A DNA stretch of 64,000 nucleotides from an uncultured Acidimicrobiia bacterium (GTDB lineage: Bacteria > Acidobacteriota > Terriglobia > Versatilivoradales > Versatilivoraceae): NCBI GenBank assembly GCA_963786955.1, contig CAWBAT010000009.1:1-64000 (forward strand). Direction: 5' to 3'. The notes under the pieces are model-generated. The model worked only from the letters and a program-made list of their open reading frames with translations. It had not been told where the DNA came from and did no database searches. Of the stretch, positions 1-10,774 are shown one piece after another. Positions within the stretch are counted from its first letter, which is position 1, and each line of letters opens with the position of its first letter. The position numbers and the translations under genes were made by a program.

Positions 1-295
1 CTTCCCGGTTGACCGCGGGGGCCGGTCATGCTGAAGCCACCGGGAAAAGGCGTATCCCGGCCCCCCGGCGGCCACAATGGAAAGAACAGGCCCAAAGGGA
101 TAGGCTCGCAGAACTGATCCCTTTGTCATTCCGCGGCACAAGTCCATTTGAAACGGTCGTACCTGCTTTGTGTGCCGAGGGAGCCGCTCCCGACACAATC
201 GGCCGGGGCCTTGCCATTGGTGTGCAGCGAATTTCACAGTTAACCGGGAACTCAAACGGGATGGTCAAGACTGATGAGGACTATTTGCGCCTGTC

Positions 296-752
296 TTACG
301 GAAGGGATGCGGTCTGAACCCAGTAATCCACCAGCACCATCATGTTCTGCTTGGCCAGGGAGGAGTTCGAAGTTGGCAGCTGTGATGAACGAATTGGCTC
401 CAAGATAATAACTCAGATAGATGTGCCTCTCATCCTGGAGGGTCGTGGGGACGCAGACCACGGGGAGGTGCCTCAGGTTAGCGTCGCCCCTGATCTCCTC
501 CAGCGTCTCGAAGCCGTCTTTCCTGGGCATATTGAGATCCAGGAGAATCAGGTCAGGGCAGTGCGGACCGCCCGCGGGCGGCTTGACACTCTTTTGGCAG
601 GAGCGAAGATGGTCCATCAACTCCTGACCGTCCCGCACGAACCGGATCTCTTCGACGAACCGGCTGCCGCTGGTGCGGTCCCGGTCCAGGAGGCAATCAT
701 CCTCATCGTCGTCGGCCATTACGATAATGATCCGACGCTGGCGTGCCATCAC
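296..752 (-). CDS. Single-domain response regulator (Rcp1/CheY-like), apparent frameshift near 3' end
   Basis: ORF 252..752 has ADDDEDD, PDLILLDLNMPRKDG and LGANSFIT receiver motifs. The typical Rcp1-like tail (VLVDYWVQTASLP*) lies in another frame, stop at 296-298. Confidence 0.8.
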
Positions 753-979
753 CGTTCCCCCTTGGAAGCTTGAGGCCTGACTTTCGATCGGTCCAACAAT
801 TTTCTGGTCGCGGCGCGTTTGTTGCGAAGACCTTCCGTTTCCCGGAAGAGCCGGGGTCGTTCATTAGTTGCCGCCGACCGGCTGAGTAACGGAGCCATAC
901 CCCTGTCCGGCGGCTCATCGAGCGCATCCAGGATCGAAGACCTCACGACGATCCTTACCTCTTCCAACCACAATCTTGC

Positions 980-1094
980 CACCCCCTCTGGGTCCCACCC
1001 TGAAAAAAGGAGGGGACTTGAGGGGGGTCCATCATGCCTAGGGCGACGCATTGAGGTCTTGCCCTGGGCTACAACCCGTGGCTCCCACAGGGCC
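980..1094. repeat. REP/MITE composite, degenerate copy of the 10363/22227 module
   Basis: CCTAGGGCGACGC...GCCCTGGGCTACAA...CAGGGCC palindrome (1037-1094), preceded by a CCCCCTC...GAGGGGGG palindrome. Confidence 0.6.
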
Positions 1095-1133
1095 AAATAC
1101 CTCCGCTCATGCGGCAGAACGAATTCCGGTGCA

Positions 1134-2731
1134 TCAGTTGGTCGGTGCCGAAAGGCTTTCCAGTTGGTGCAGGCGTTTCATGGCCTGCATCGCCTGGAGC
1201 GAGTTGTAGTTGATGCCCGCGGCGTTCAGGCTGCTGCCCTGCTGGAATGGATACTCCGGCAGAGTCATCAGGAACTGCTTGATTTGATTCTGCACCGGCA
1301 CGAAGAGCCAGATGTTATCGCCATACCAGCGCATATACATGGCCGATTCACGGGGCGCCTTCTCGTAGGGGTCGGCCCGCAGGTTGACGATCTCCGGCCA
1401 GCCGGTCACGTCACGAACGCCTGTGGCAATGTTGCCATTCACGACTGCGAAAGACACCTTCCAGTCGTTCCAGCGCACGGCGTTCAGTTCGCCGCCCTGG
1501 GCAAAGTAGAGGATTTCTTCACGCGGGCCTTTCTTGGCATCGCCCTTGAAGTAGGGCAGGAAGTTGTACCCGTCGGCATGGACCTTGAAGGTCTTGCCAT
1601 TGGCCGCATAGCCCTGCTTCAACTTCTCGACGATGTTGGGTTCGCCCGCCGCCGCCAGCAATGTCGGCAGCCAGTCTTCCTGCGAGAAAATGTCGTTGAT
1701 GATGGTGCCCGGCTTGATGACGCCCGGCCAGCGGACGATGCATCGGCACGCGGAAGCCGCCTTCCCAGGTGGTGCCCTTTTCGCCGTGGAACGGCGTGAT
1801 GCCGCCATCGGGCCATGTCCCTGTTTCCGCCCCGTTGTCGGTGCCATAGACGACAATGGTGTTGTCCGCGATGCCGAGGTCATCCAGTTGTTTCAACACG
1901 GCGCCGACCATGTCGTCGTGCTCAACCATGCCGTCGGGATAGAGCCCGATGCCGGTGCGCCCCTGGGCGGATTTCTTCAAGTGGGTCCAGACGTGCATGC
2001 GCGTGGTGTTGAACCAGACGAAGAACGGTTTGTTGTCCTTGGCCGCCTTGCCCACAAACTTCTGTTCGGCATCGAGGATTTCCATGTCCACCGTTTCCAT
2101 CCGAGCCTTGGTCAGGGCTCCGGTGTCCTCGATTTTCTGACCGCCCTTGCCGTCGGACCAGGTGTGGAGCACGCCGCGCGGGCCGTATTTCTTCTTAAAC
2201 TCCGGATCCTTCGGGTAGTAATACGTCTCCGGTTCCTCCTCCGCGTTCAGATGGTAGAGGTTGCCGAGGAACTCATCGAAGCCATGCACCGTCGGCAGAT
2301 GCGAGTCCTGGTCGCCGAGATGGTTTTTGCCGAACTGGCCGGTGGCGTAGCCTTGCGCCTTGAGCAGGTCGGCGATCGTCGGCGCCCAATCAGGAATGCC
2401 CTGCGGCGAACCAGGCATGCCGATGGTCAGCAGCCCGGTGCGGAACGGATGCTGCCCCAGGATGAACGAGGCGCGGCCCGCCGTGCAGCTCTGTTGCGCG
2501 TAGGCGTCGGTAAACAGCGCGCCCTCCTTCGGCAATCCGGTCGATGTTGGGCGTCTTGTAGCCCATCAGGCCGAGGTTGTAGGCGCTGATGTTGTGAATG
2601 CCGATGTCGTCGCCCCAGATGACCAGAATGTTTGGCTTCTTGGCTGCAGCCTGTGTCGGAACGGTTGCAAAAATTAACGCAGCCAAAACGATCATAACGG
2701 CCAGGCTTCTTGCCTGATGTTCATGTCTCAT
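1134..2731 (-). CDS. Exported arylsulfatase-family protein (Cys-type, CTAGR), split by two +1 indels
   Basis: Three consecutive ORFs (2390..2731, 1519..2535, 1134..1883) give a signal peptide, KPNILVIWGDDIG, QQSCTAGR, GKNHLG, TDNG and WEGGFRVP. Single extra bases at ~2531 (GCC[G]AAG) and ~1743 (CCG[A]TGC) explain the breaks. Confidence 0.9.
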
Positions 2732-2781
2732 AGAGAGCTCCTTTACTTTTTTTGTTAAATGTTGTTTGTCTATAATTCTTC

Positions 2782-2901
2782 ACCCCCCTTGCACAAGGGG
2801 GGACGAGAGGGGGGTTCATCAACCCCAGGGCAGCGCGATCAGCGATGCTACCATGCAACTCTCGTCGAAGGCATGTAAACAGCGTATGTCTTCTCCACCC
2901 G
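2782..2901. repeat. REP cluster (CCCCCTT...AAGGGGGG palindrome plus 37-bp CGAAGRCATG...CATGTCTTC family copy)
   Basis: Palindromes read directly. The 37-bp unit at 2865-2901 matches copies at 11490-11526 and 14660-14696. Confidence 0.7.
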
Positions 2902-2933
2902 TGGTCCCATTCGCCCGGCAACTCTCCTTTAGT

Positions 2934-3793
2934 TCAGGGTGCTGCCGGCGCCGATGCGGATTCGCCCACAACTTCGATCTTGGCGCTGGCCTTGAGCGCA
3001 TCGAGGTGCTTTTTCACACTCTGTTGCTGAAGCTGTTGGGTCAACTGAGGCTTGACCTCTTCGATCGGGGGCGCCTCGATCGGCTTGGAGTCGTCCAGCC
3101 GGATGATATGATAACCAAACTGGGTCTTGACAGGCTCTTTGCTGAACTTGCCCTTTTCCAGCTTGCTCAAGGCAGCGCCGAACTCGGGCACCATGCGGCT
3201 TAGATCGACCCATCCCAGATCGCCGCCCCTGGCCTTGGACCCCGTGTCCTTCGATTTTTCCATTGCCAGCTTCTCGAAGGCCCCCGGGTCCTTCTTCAGT
3301 TTGACAATGATGTCCTGTGCTTCGGATTCCTTCTCCACCAGAATGTGGTGCGCCTTGTATTCGATACCGGTGATCGTCGCCTTGATGCGCTGGTATTCGG
3401 CCTTCACCATCTCATCGCTGACCGGGTTGTTCTTAATGTAATCCTGAACATAGGCATTGGCCAGAACGGATTGTCTGAGTACATCCATTTGTTCCGCAAC
3501 TTCAGGCGACTTGTCCAGTCCCTTTTTGGCTGCCTTTTCGGCAATCAACATTTGCATGGCCAGTTGGTCGATGATGGCTTTTCTGGATTCCGGGCTGTCC
3601 GGATGGCCGCTGCTGGCACCTTGCTTGGCTACCATGTCAACACGGCTTTTGCTGATGACAACACCGTTCACGGTTGCGACGGTAGCATCTTCGAAGCCGT
3701 GGCAGCAGAAGTTGCATTGCCCTTGGAGTTGCAGGCGCTGAGGATCAACAGAGAAACAGCGCTGACCAGCAGAATTAGGGGTTTGATTGACAT
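2934..3793 (-). CDS. PpiC/parvulin-type peptidyl-prolyl isomerase lipoprotein (frameshift near 5' end)
   Basis: YKAHHILV, GGDLGW, MVPEF and KTQFGYHII rotamase motifs. An upstream ATG at 3793 with an AAGGAG SD gives a signal peptide with an LSAC lipobox in a shifted frame. Confidence 0.85.
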
Positions 3794-3930
3794 TATTTAC
3801 AGCTCCTTGGTGTTACTAAAATAAAAATAAGGCGGACAAATTTTGCCCACCCTATGCGTGCTACGCTCGCTTTTTTTCATCCTTCGAAAGCAAAGATTTT
3901 CTTGCAGTCGTTCTTCATCTTAAAGTTTCG

Positions 3931-5403
3931 CTACCGTACGGCTGTGGCCGTTGGGATGCCCGCAGTCGTGGCAGGCGCGGCGTCGAAGCTTCCGCCCAGG
4001 GACAAGTGAAGATTGATGCGGTTAGCCAGCAGGCCGTTACGCAACTGGATGACCTTCGCCTGGCTAGAGATCTGTCTTTCCTGAAGCTGGAGCACAGACA
4101 GCATGTCCATGGCGCCAGCCACGTATCTGATTCTGGCGATGCGCACGGCCTCACTGTAATCGGCAAGGGATTTCGTCTCGTTCTGCAGGCGCTGTGCCAA
4201 GAGCGCCTCGTTCGTTAAGGCCACCTCCACTTCGAAGAAAGCTCGGAGAGTGACGTTTCCATACCGAGCAATCATCTGCTCCTGCTGGGCCGTAGCGATT
4301 TGGATCTGAGCCCTCAATCTGCCACCCGTATAAATGGGCACGTCCATCCCGATAGCACCATGGAGCATCCACGGGTTGAGGCGGAGTAGTGAGATCAATC
4401 CATTGCTCAAATGCCCCCCTTCCAGCGTGAACGCGATGTTTGGCAGCAAGGCCAGTTTGGCAGCCTCCTCCTGCCGGAACGCCGCCAGCACTTGGCGCTC
4501 TGCTGCAGCGAGGTCAGGCCGCCGCTCCAGCAGCGCAGACGGCAACCCCGCCTGAATGGGGGGAGGCAGCGGGCAAAAATCCTGTGCTACCGCCAGTTCC
4601 GCCGCAGGATAGCGTCCCAGAAGCAGTTCCAGCGCTCGTCGCGCCTCACTGTACTGCCCCTGGAAAGTATGCAGCGAGCTCTCGGCAGCACTGAGATTCG
4701 CATCGGCCTCCGCCACGTCGAGATCAGCCACCTTGCCCGCGGCCCGCCGTATTTTCACCAAATCGAGCAACTGCGTGTAAATGCGGACGCTCTCCTCGGC
4801 AAGTTCAACCAGTTTCCGCGTTTCGATGGCCAGATACCAGCTCTTTCCCACCGTGGCGGCGAGGGACTGGCGCGCAAACGCATAATCGAGTTCGGTAGCG
4901 TGGAAGACCGCCTCCGAAGCCTCCTTTTGGGCTCTCAACCGGCCCCACAGGTCGATTTCCCAGAAGACCCCTCCAGACTCATAGCTGGAACCGTAAAATT
5001 TGTCATCACTCGGCTGGCTTGCGGTGGCGTACTTGTCGGCGAGGGTGCCAGTGCCTCCGATCTGGGCGCCGATCTGCGGCAAGAGCTGGGATCCGACTAC
5101 CGTCACGTTCTGCCGGGCGATCTCTACGCGCGCTGCGGCTTGGCGCAGGTTAAGGTTGTTTTTGATCGCTTCCACCACGATCGCATCCAGACTGGGATCG
5201 TTGAAAGATTTCAGCCAGTCGTTGGTCACGTCATTTGTGTCGGTAACCGAACTCCACGTCTCTGGAATTGTAGTCGCCTGCGGGAGAGACTGCTCAACTA
5301 CCTTGGCATGCTGCGGTGGCTTGGAAAGGGCACAACCGGACAGGAAAGCCGCAACGATGATGAGAACGATAAACACTCGCCATTTTGTCACCCATGTTGC
5401 CAC
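3931..5403 (-). CDS. Efflux outer-membrane factor lipoprotein (NodT/OprM family)
   Basis: LSGC lipobox, WEIDLWGRL, LLERRPDL and two OEP repeats. Likely start is GTG 5403 (GGAGG 5 nt upstream). The frame stays open up to ATG 5670. Confidence 0.9.
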   Translation of the reverse strand: MATWVTKWRVFIVLIIVAAFLSGCALSKPPQHAKVVEQSLPQATTIPETWSSVTDTNDVTNDWLKSFNDPSLDAIVVEAIKNNLNLRQAAARVEIARQNVTVVGSQLLPQIGAQIGGTGTLADKYATASQPSDDKFYGSSYESGGVFWEIDLWGRLRAQKEASEAVFHATELDYAFARQSLAATVGKSWYLAIETRKLVELAEESVRIYTQLLDLVKIRRAAGKVADLDVAEADANLSAAESSLHTFQGQYSEARRALELLLGRYPAAELAVAQDFCPLPPPIQAGLPSALLERRPDLAAAERQVLAAFRQEEAAKLALLPNIAFTLEGGHLSNGLISLLRLNPWMLHGAIGMDVPIYTGGRLRAQIQIATAQQEQMIARYGNVTLRAFFEVEVALTNEALLAQRLQNETKSLADYSEAVRIARIRYVAGAMDMLSVLQLQERQISSQAKVIQLRNGLLANRINLHLSLGGSFDAAPATTAGIPTATAVR

Positions 5404-5669
5404 CCCCGCCTCCGGCTCCTGAAGGTGAGAATGAATTGGCTTCGGTGTCGCTCTGCAAGTGTCCCCCTTGGTTAAGGGGGACTCCAGGGGGTTTGTGAAA
5501 GAAATCTTACGACCACCCCCTAGCTCCCTCCTGACCAAAGGAGGAGAATCAAAGTTGAATTTCTTCATACCTTCCCGCTCCCTTAGGGAGAGGGAAGGTC
5601 CGTCAGGCTTGGGTGATGGGTGAATTCGAGGCTTGGGTCTTTTCATAACCTTTTCAATGTAACTTGCCA
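5403..5669. mobile_element. 267-bp REP-containing MITE-like insertion flanked by TGGCAA direct repeats
   Basis: TTGCCA at 5397-5402 and 5664-5669 (267 bp apart). Internal palindromes at ~5461-5494, 5515-5549 and 5570-5620. Confidence 0.5.
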
Positions 5670-6832
5670 TCAGAACGGCATGGGATAAAGCCAGTTCATC
5701 CACGAGGTGATCCGGATCGAAACCCGGCGCAGCGCGGCCCACGGGCCTTTCATGCCGCTGGTGTAAACGGCCGCCACGCCTTGCGCGCCGATCGGAAACT
5801 TCGACTGGTCCGGGCCATCAAACACGATGGCCACGGCGAAACAGCCTTGCGGCATCTTCGGCGGCTCGGGATGGAACACGGGCAGGTTGCCGCTTGGCAG
5901 ATACTGGCCCTCACCGCTCGCCTTCCAGATGCTTTCCACTTTGCCCCGGAAGATCTGGCCGGGATACAGGTCGAGCGCGACTTCCACCGGCTGGCCGTTG
6001 TTCATGTATTTGAGAATCTCCTGAAAGTAGGCGGCCAGCAGGTAGCGGCCGTCGTCGCAGATGAAGGAGGCGATGGCACCGAAGCGGATGTCCCCCGCCA
6101 CCATGCCGGGCCGCACCTGGAGGTTGATGATGTGGCCGTCCTCGGGCGCGACCAGCGTGGTGTTGTCGAGGTAATACCGCGCCTGGTCGAGTTCGGCCTG
6201 CATGGCGGCGACCGTCGTGTTCACCCCGTTGATCTCCGACTCGTAGCGCAGCTTCGCACGGTCCAATTCCGCCGACGGCTTCCTTCACCGCCGCCTCGTT
6301 GACCTTGAACTGGGCGTCCCAACGCTGGGCGTCCTCCTCGGGACCGGCGCCCTTCGCCGCGAGGCTTGCTGGCAAGATGTCTGCTGGTATCGGGCGATAC
6401 GACCGTTCGCTCTTGGTCTTGGCGAGTTTCTGGGCGGCGACGTCAACGTCCGCCTTGAGGACCTGGACGTTTTGTTTCGCCTGCGCGAGTTGCGCTTCGA
6501 GCTGCTGGACCTTGTATTCGTAGGGCCGGCGGTCGAATTGGAAGAGCGGCTGGCCTTTCTTGACCGGCTGGTTCGGCTCGACCAGCACCGCCGTGACCAG
6601 CGTGGCTCGGTCAGGCGCGGGACCAACTGGATGGTGTGCTGGACAACCTTGGCATTGTTCGAGGCCGGCGTCATGAAGCGCAGCCCGATCATGAAAATCA
6701 GCAGCACATGCACGATGAAGAACGAGCTGACACGATCGCCCAGGCACGCTGAACTTGAGCCACTTGAACTTGAAGAAGACCAGCCAGACGAAGACCAACG
6801 AAACCGAACAACATTCCGAGCGCGAGTGCCAT
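5670..6832 (-). CDS. HlyD-family membrane fusion protein (YibH-like), multiple frameshifts
   Basis: ORF pieces give WLVFFKFKWLK, VKKGQPLFQFD, a coiled coil, TTLVAPEDGHIINLQVRPG and GQPVEVALDLYPG. ATG at 6832 with GAAGGG SD. Confidence 0.85.
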
Positions 6833-6841
6833 AATATCCCT

Positions 6842-7218
6842 TCAGCTTTCTTTCTTCGGGTCCTTCCCTGGCGGCTCAGCCGTCGGGGGCTTTGCGGTTG
6901 TGGCGCGGCGCGGGCTTGCCGCTGAGCCGGGCGATTTCTTCGTCAATGCCCTTCGCCTCCTGCGCGCGGGAAGCGCCGGATGTCCACGATGTCGGTGGGC
7001 TTGAAGGCCCAGATGAACGCCTGAATCCACGGCACGAGCGGGAGAAAGCCGGCGTAACCCATGAGCTTGACCGCTTCGGCATCGGGATGCTTGCGCGCGA
7101 TGGCGATGCGCCCCGGCAATCCCGCCATCCAGACCAGGAAGACCAGAGCGGACAGCAGGAGCAGGAAGAGCACAACAAAGGTTACATAATCCCAAGCGTC
7201 AAGTTCAAATCCGAGCAT
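6842..7218 (-). CDS. DUF3302 (YibI-like) small membrane protein, frameshifted tail
   Basis: LPGRIAIARKHPDAEAV...WIQAFIWAF motif. It lies directly upstream of the HlyD gene, as in yibI-yibH. Confidence 0.8.
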
Positions 7219-7367
7219 GTGCGTCCTCCTTATTTCCTCTCATTGAATTCCTTTTGGTTCGAATCACGCCCTGCCAACAAAAAGCGATCTGCGTGGCTAC
7301 CAAGCAACTTTACCCAGAGAGATGAACCTGACCGCAGGGAATACAATACCTCTCAGAGGCTTCTTGT

Positions 7368-7892
7368 CTAGTCGGATTTCGGCGCCGCCCCTGTTCGCAG
7401 AAGCATAGCTCGAAATTTGTCCTGACCTAGAACCCGCCCCAATTCCCTGAAAGCAAAGAAGGGAATGAAAGTACAAAAAATAATAACGCTGCGGGCGAGC
7501 AGGTCATCGAGACGGATCTCGTGGAACGCACCAGCGATGTCTTTCCCATGCAAAAGCCGCTTGACCAGTTCCTCAAGAATATGGAAAGCAAATACTAGTA
7601 AGCCGAACAGGAAGGCTTTATAGACAGATGTATAAAGCAATGGCTTGGCTTCGTGCTTCTTGCCGAGGTGTAAGGCTTCGCCTATGAGAATAATTTTGGT
7701 GATCACGAAAGCGTTGAGAAGCGCAGCTCCATAAATGAAGTACGAGATGTGATACTTTTCCAGAAGTAGCAAGCTGTAGGTCGCTAGGGCACAAAAGAGA
7801 AATGCCAGATACAAGAAGACGATGGCAATTTCCTTAGACTCGTGGACGGCCTTCTGCTTCAGACTGATATTGTGAGAATTTTCAGGAGTCAT
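7368..7892 (-). CDS. Hypothetical membrane protein (~4 TM helices)
   Basis: 174-aa ORF with four hydrophobic segments, co-oriented with the island. Confidence 0.75.
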   Translation of the reverse strand: MTPENSHNISLKQKAVHESKEIAIVFLYLAFLFCALATYSLLLLEKYHISYFIYGAALLNAFVITKIILIGEALHLGKKHEAKPLLYTSVYKAFLFGLLVFAFHILEELVKRLLHGKDIAGAFHEIRLDDLLARSVIIFCTFIPFFAFRELGRVLGQDKFRAMLLRTGAAPKSD

Positions 7893-8296
7893 ATTGCCTT
7901 CCCTTATTCATCCCTATGTATTATCGATCACCCTCGGCGGACCGTGGGCTTCGCAGGAGTCCAACAGGATCACAAGTTACAGACCCCGCAGAATCTTGGG
8001 AGCGGTTCAGGCCCCTATACAGTGATTGAAGGAATCGTAGCACGCAGTTCGCCTACGTTTGCTGCGAGGAACATTATCCCATTACCATCTAACTCCCGGT
8101 AAGTTCTAAAAACTCGGTCAACCGCCTGTATCCGTCACTCCTTGGAGGGTTGCCGAGGACTTGGGAGTTATTTCGTGTGTCTTAACTCGCAGGCAATCCT
8201 TCGGCCTTATCCCGGATCTGCCTCTGCTCTTCATCAAGAACTTGGGCTCAGGGTTGTTCGGTGTGCCGGATTATGAGGAGCGCGATGAACCACAAG

Positions 8297-8336
8297 GTGT
8301 TTCGGCGGGCGACCCCTCGGGCCGCCCGCTTAACAC
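8297..8336 (-). terminator. Hairpin downstream of sulfatase 2
   Basis: GTGTT..GCGGGCG...CGCCCGC..AACAC stem about 40 nt after the stop. Confidence 0.45.
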
Positions 8337-8373
8337 ATCACAAATGGATTACTAAGCTCTGACTCACTACATC

Positions 8374-10096
8374 CTAGTTGTCGCCGCTTCCAGTGCGCGC
8401 CATTTGATCTTTTACCTGCTGAAGAACCTGGGTCAGGCTGTAGGACGCCGGGGCCTGTAACGCCGGGTACGGTCCGTAGGTCTCAAGTTCCTTCAGCCAC
8501 AGCGCTTGCCCGATAGGAATGATGTTCCAGTCGTAGAGATAGGCGGTCGCTGGTGCGCCCAATGCGCCACCTTGGCCCAGGAGGGATGACGGTTGGAAAC
8601 CGACGGAGCCCTCGAACGGATCGCGCTTGATGTTGTTGACCAACGGCCAATGGAAGGTTGCGGCCCCCATCAGGCCACCGGTGTTGGCCTCGGATGCCAT
8701 CGAGAAATAGATCTTCCAGTTCTTGTAGCGCACTGCCGACGGTGTCGCGCCTGCGTAGTACATGAACGTATCACGCGCCGATTTCTCCGACTTGCCGGTC
8801 AGATAGTCGAGCTGGTTCACCCCGTCGAGCTTGGTCTTGACGATGCCGGGATATTTGCCCGCCATGATCTGCTCGTTCAGGTCGTTGCCCTTGGCGCCAC
8901 CGGCGATTTCGACAAAAGTCGGCATCCAGTCGTAGCGACGCGAAGATGTCTTCCAGGACCGTGCCCGGCTTGATATGGCCTGGCCAGCGGATGACGCACG
9001 GAACGCGCATGCCGCCTTCCCAGGTGGTCAACTTGCCGCCTTTGAAGGGGGTGGTGCCACCGTCGGGGTAGGTGATGACTTCGGCGCCGTTGTCGGTGGT
9101 GAAAACGACGATGGTGTTGTCGAGTTCGCCCATGTCTTCCAGCTTCTTCAGGACGTAGCCGATGTTATCGTCCATCTGCTTCATGCCGACTTCGTTGATG
9201 CCCCAGTCCTTGCCGCCGGGCGTACCGACCATCGCCTGGTACTTGGGCGAAAGCATGGTGGTGATGTGCATGCGGGCCGGGTTGTACCAGACGAAGAAGG
9301 GCTTCCCTGTATTCTTCGGGTCGTTGCGGTCGAGGAAGTCGATGACCTTGGCCGAGATCTCCTCGTCCACCGTCCTCGAGCGGTCCAGCGTCAGCGGGCC
9401 CTCGTCCTTGCAGGTCTGGTTCGCTTCGGTGCCGTCGGAGGAGGTACAGGCGAGTACCGGTCGCGGCGGCATCATGCACAAAGTAGTCTTTTGATCCACC
9501 GCACCAGGAACCTCGGTGAGGCCGCGTACCGGGGTGTTTTTGCAGGGCGCGATAATGGCCTGATCGGTCGGGGTCTTGTTGATGTCGGGGAAGCTAACGC
9601 CCTGCATGGCGTCCAGGTGGTAGAGGTAACCCCAGAATTCCTGGAAGCCGTGCGCCGTCGGCAGCGCTGCCGAGTGGTCACCCAGGTGGTTCTTGCCGAA
9701 TTCGCCGGTGGTGTAGCCCAAATCGAGCAGGAGCTTGGCCAGCGCCGGCGTTCCAGGCTGCAGGAAGGAAGGGCTGCCGGGCAACTGTGGAGGAATCATG
9801 CCGGCGCGCAGCGGCGTCATGCCGGTGAAGAACGAGACGCGCCCAGCCGTACAGCTTTGCTGGGCGTAGTAGGTCGTCATCTTCGCACCTTCACGGGCGA
9901 TGCGGTCGATGTTGGGCGTGGTATCGGTAAAGGAATAGCCTTGCGCATAGGCGCCGACATTCATCAAGCCGATATCGTCGCCCATGATGAACACGATGTT
10001 GGGCTTCTTCTGCTGCGCCGTGACCGGAACTGCTGCCAGCACCATAACAGCAACTAGTATAAACAACATTGAAAGACACTTCGTTGTAACTCTCAT
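8374..10096 (-). CDS. Second exported arylsulfatase-family protein (CTAGR), one +1 indel
   Basis: ORFs 8771..10096 and 8374..8925 give a signal peptide, KPNIVFIMGDDIG, QQSCTAGR, GKNHLG and TDNG. An extra C at ~8935 (TCG[C]TAC) breaks the frame. Confidence 0.9.
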
Positions 10097-10362
10097 CTTT
10101 ACTCTCCTTGTATTTTTCCTTCTCTTTAATCGACCTTCGAAACGTTTGTTGCTTCAAACTTGCAGCACCCATTGATTCTGAAATTCTTTTCCTCCTTCTC
10201 ACCTCCCTTCACTGATTGTTGATTAATTATTGCTTCCCATTCTACATTTGCCGTTTTTTGTCACTAATCCATTTGAATACCAACCAAGGGTAGCCACGGC
10301 AAGCGATCTTCTCGAACCGCGGGGTTTTCCCGGTATCCCACACTACCGAAGACCGCGTCAAA

Positions 10363-10518
10363 CCCCACTCCCCTTCCCTCTCCCCCCGTGCTGAGAGGGA
10401 GTTTCAGACTGTTACTTCTAATCCGTCGGGGGAGAGGGACTGTATTTTACCTTCCTTAAACCCAGGGCGACGCGCCCAGCGCTTGCCCTGGGCTAAAATC
10501 TCTGGCCCTTACAGGGCC
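10363..10518. repeat. ~156-bp composite REP/MITE module
   Basis: CCCCACTCCC..CCCTCTCCCCCCG...GGGGGAGAGGG...CCCAGGGCG.CGCG...CCCTGGGCTA...CAGGGCC, collinear with 22227-22385. Confidence 0.75.
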
Positions 10519-10774
10519 GAGAACTGGCTCGCCGTTTAGGATTCAAGGTCCTCTGTGGGCTTTTCGAGAAATCCCCTACCCCTCACGCCTCTCAAAAAGC
10601 GCTCAGAGCGGCTACCAATAACTGTGCCTACCTCGACTGATTGCTGATCATTTATTGTTTCCCACCCGTCACTTTTTGTTACTTCTCCCACGCGAAGATG
10701 CGCATCCAGTCTTCCTTCCTGCGCCCACCACGATCCGGTGCTTTAGACTGCCTCTTGGGACTCACTCTTTGTCC

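Noticed and set aside
1-290. Short ORFs at the left edge
   Set aside because: No recognisable motifs in an error-prone region, so a call cannot be supported.
819-10057. Long plus-strand ORFs (819..1799, 1633..2589, 4411..5475, 8975..10057)
   Set aside because: They are antisense shadows of GC-rich minus-strand genes and carry no motifs.
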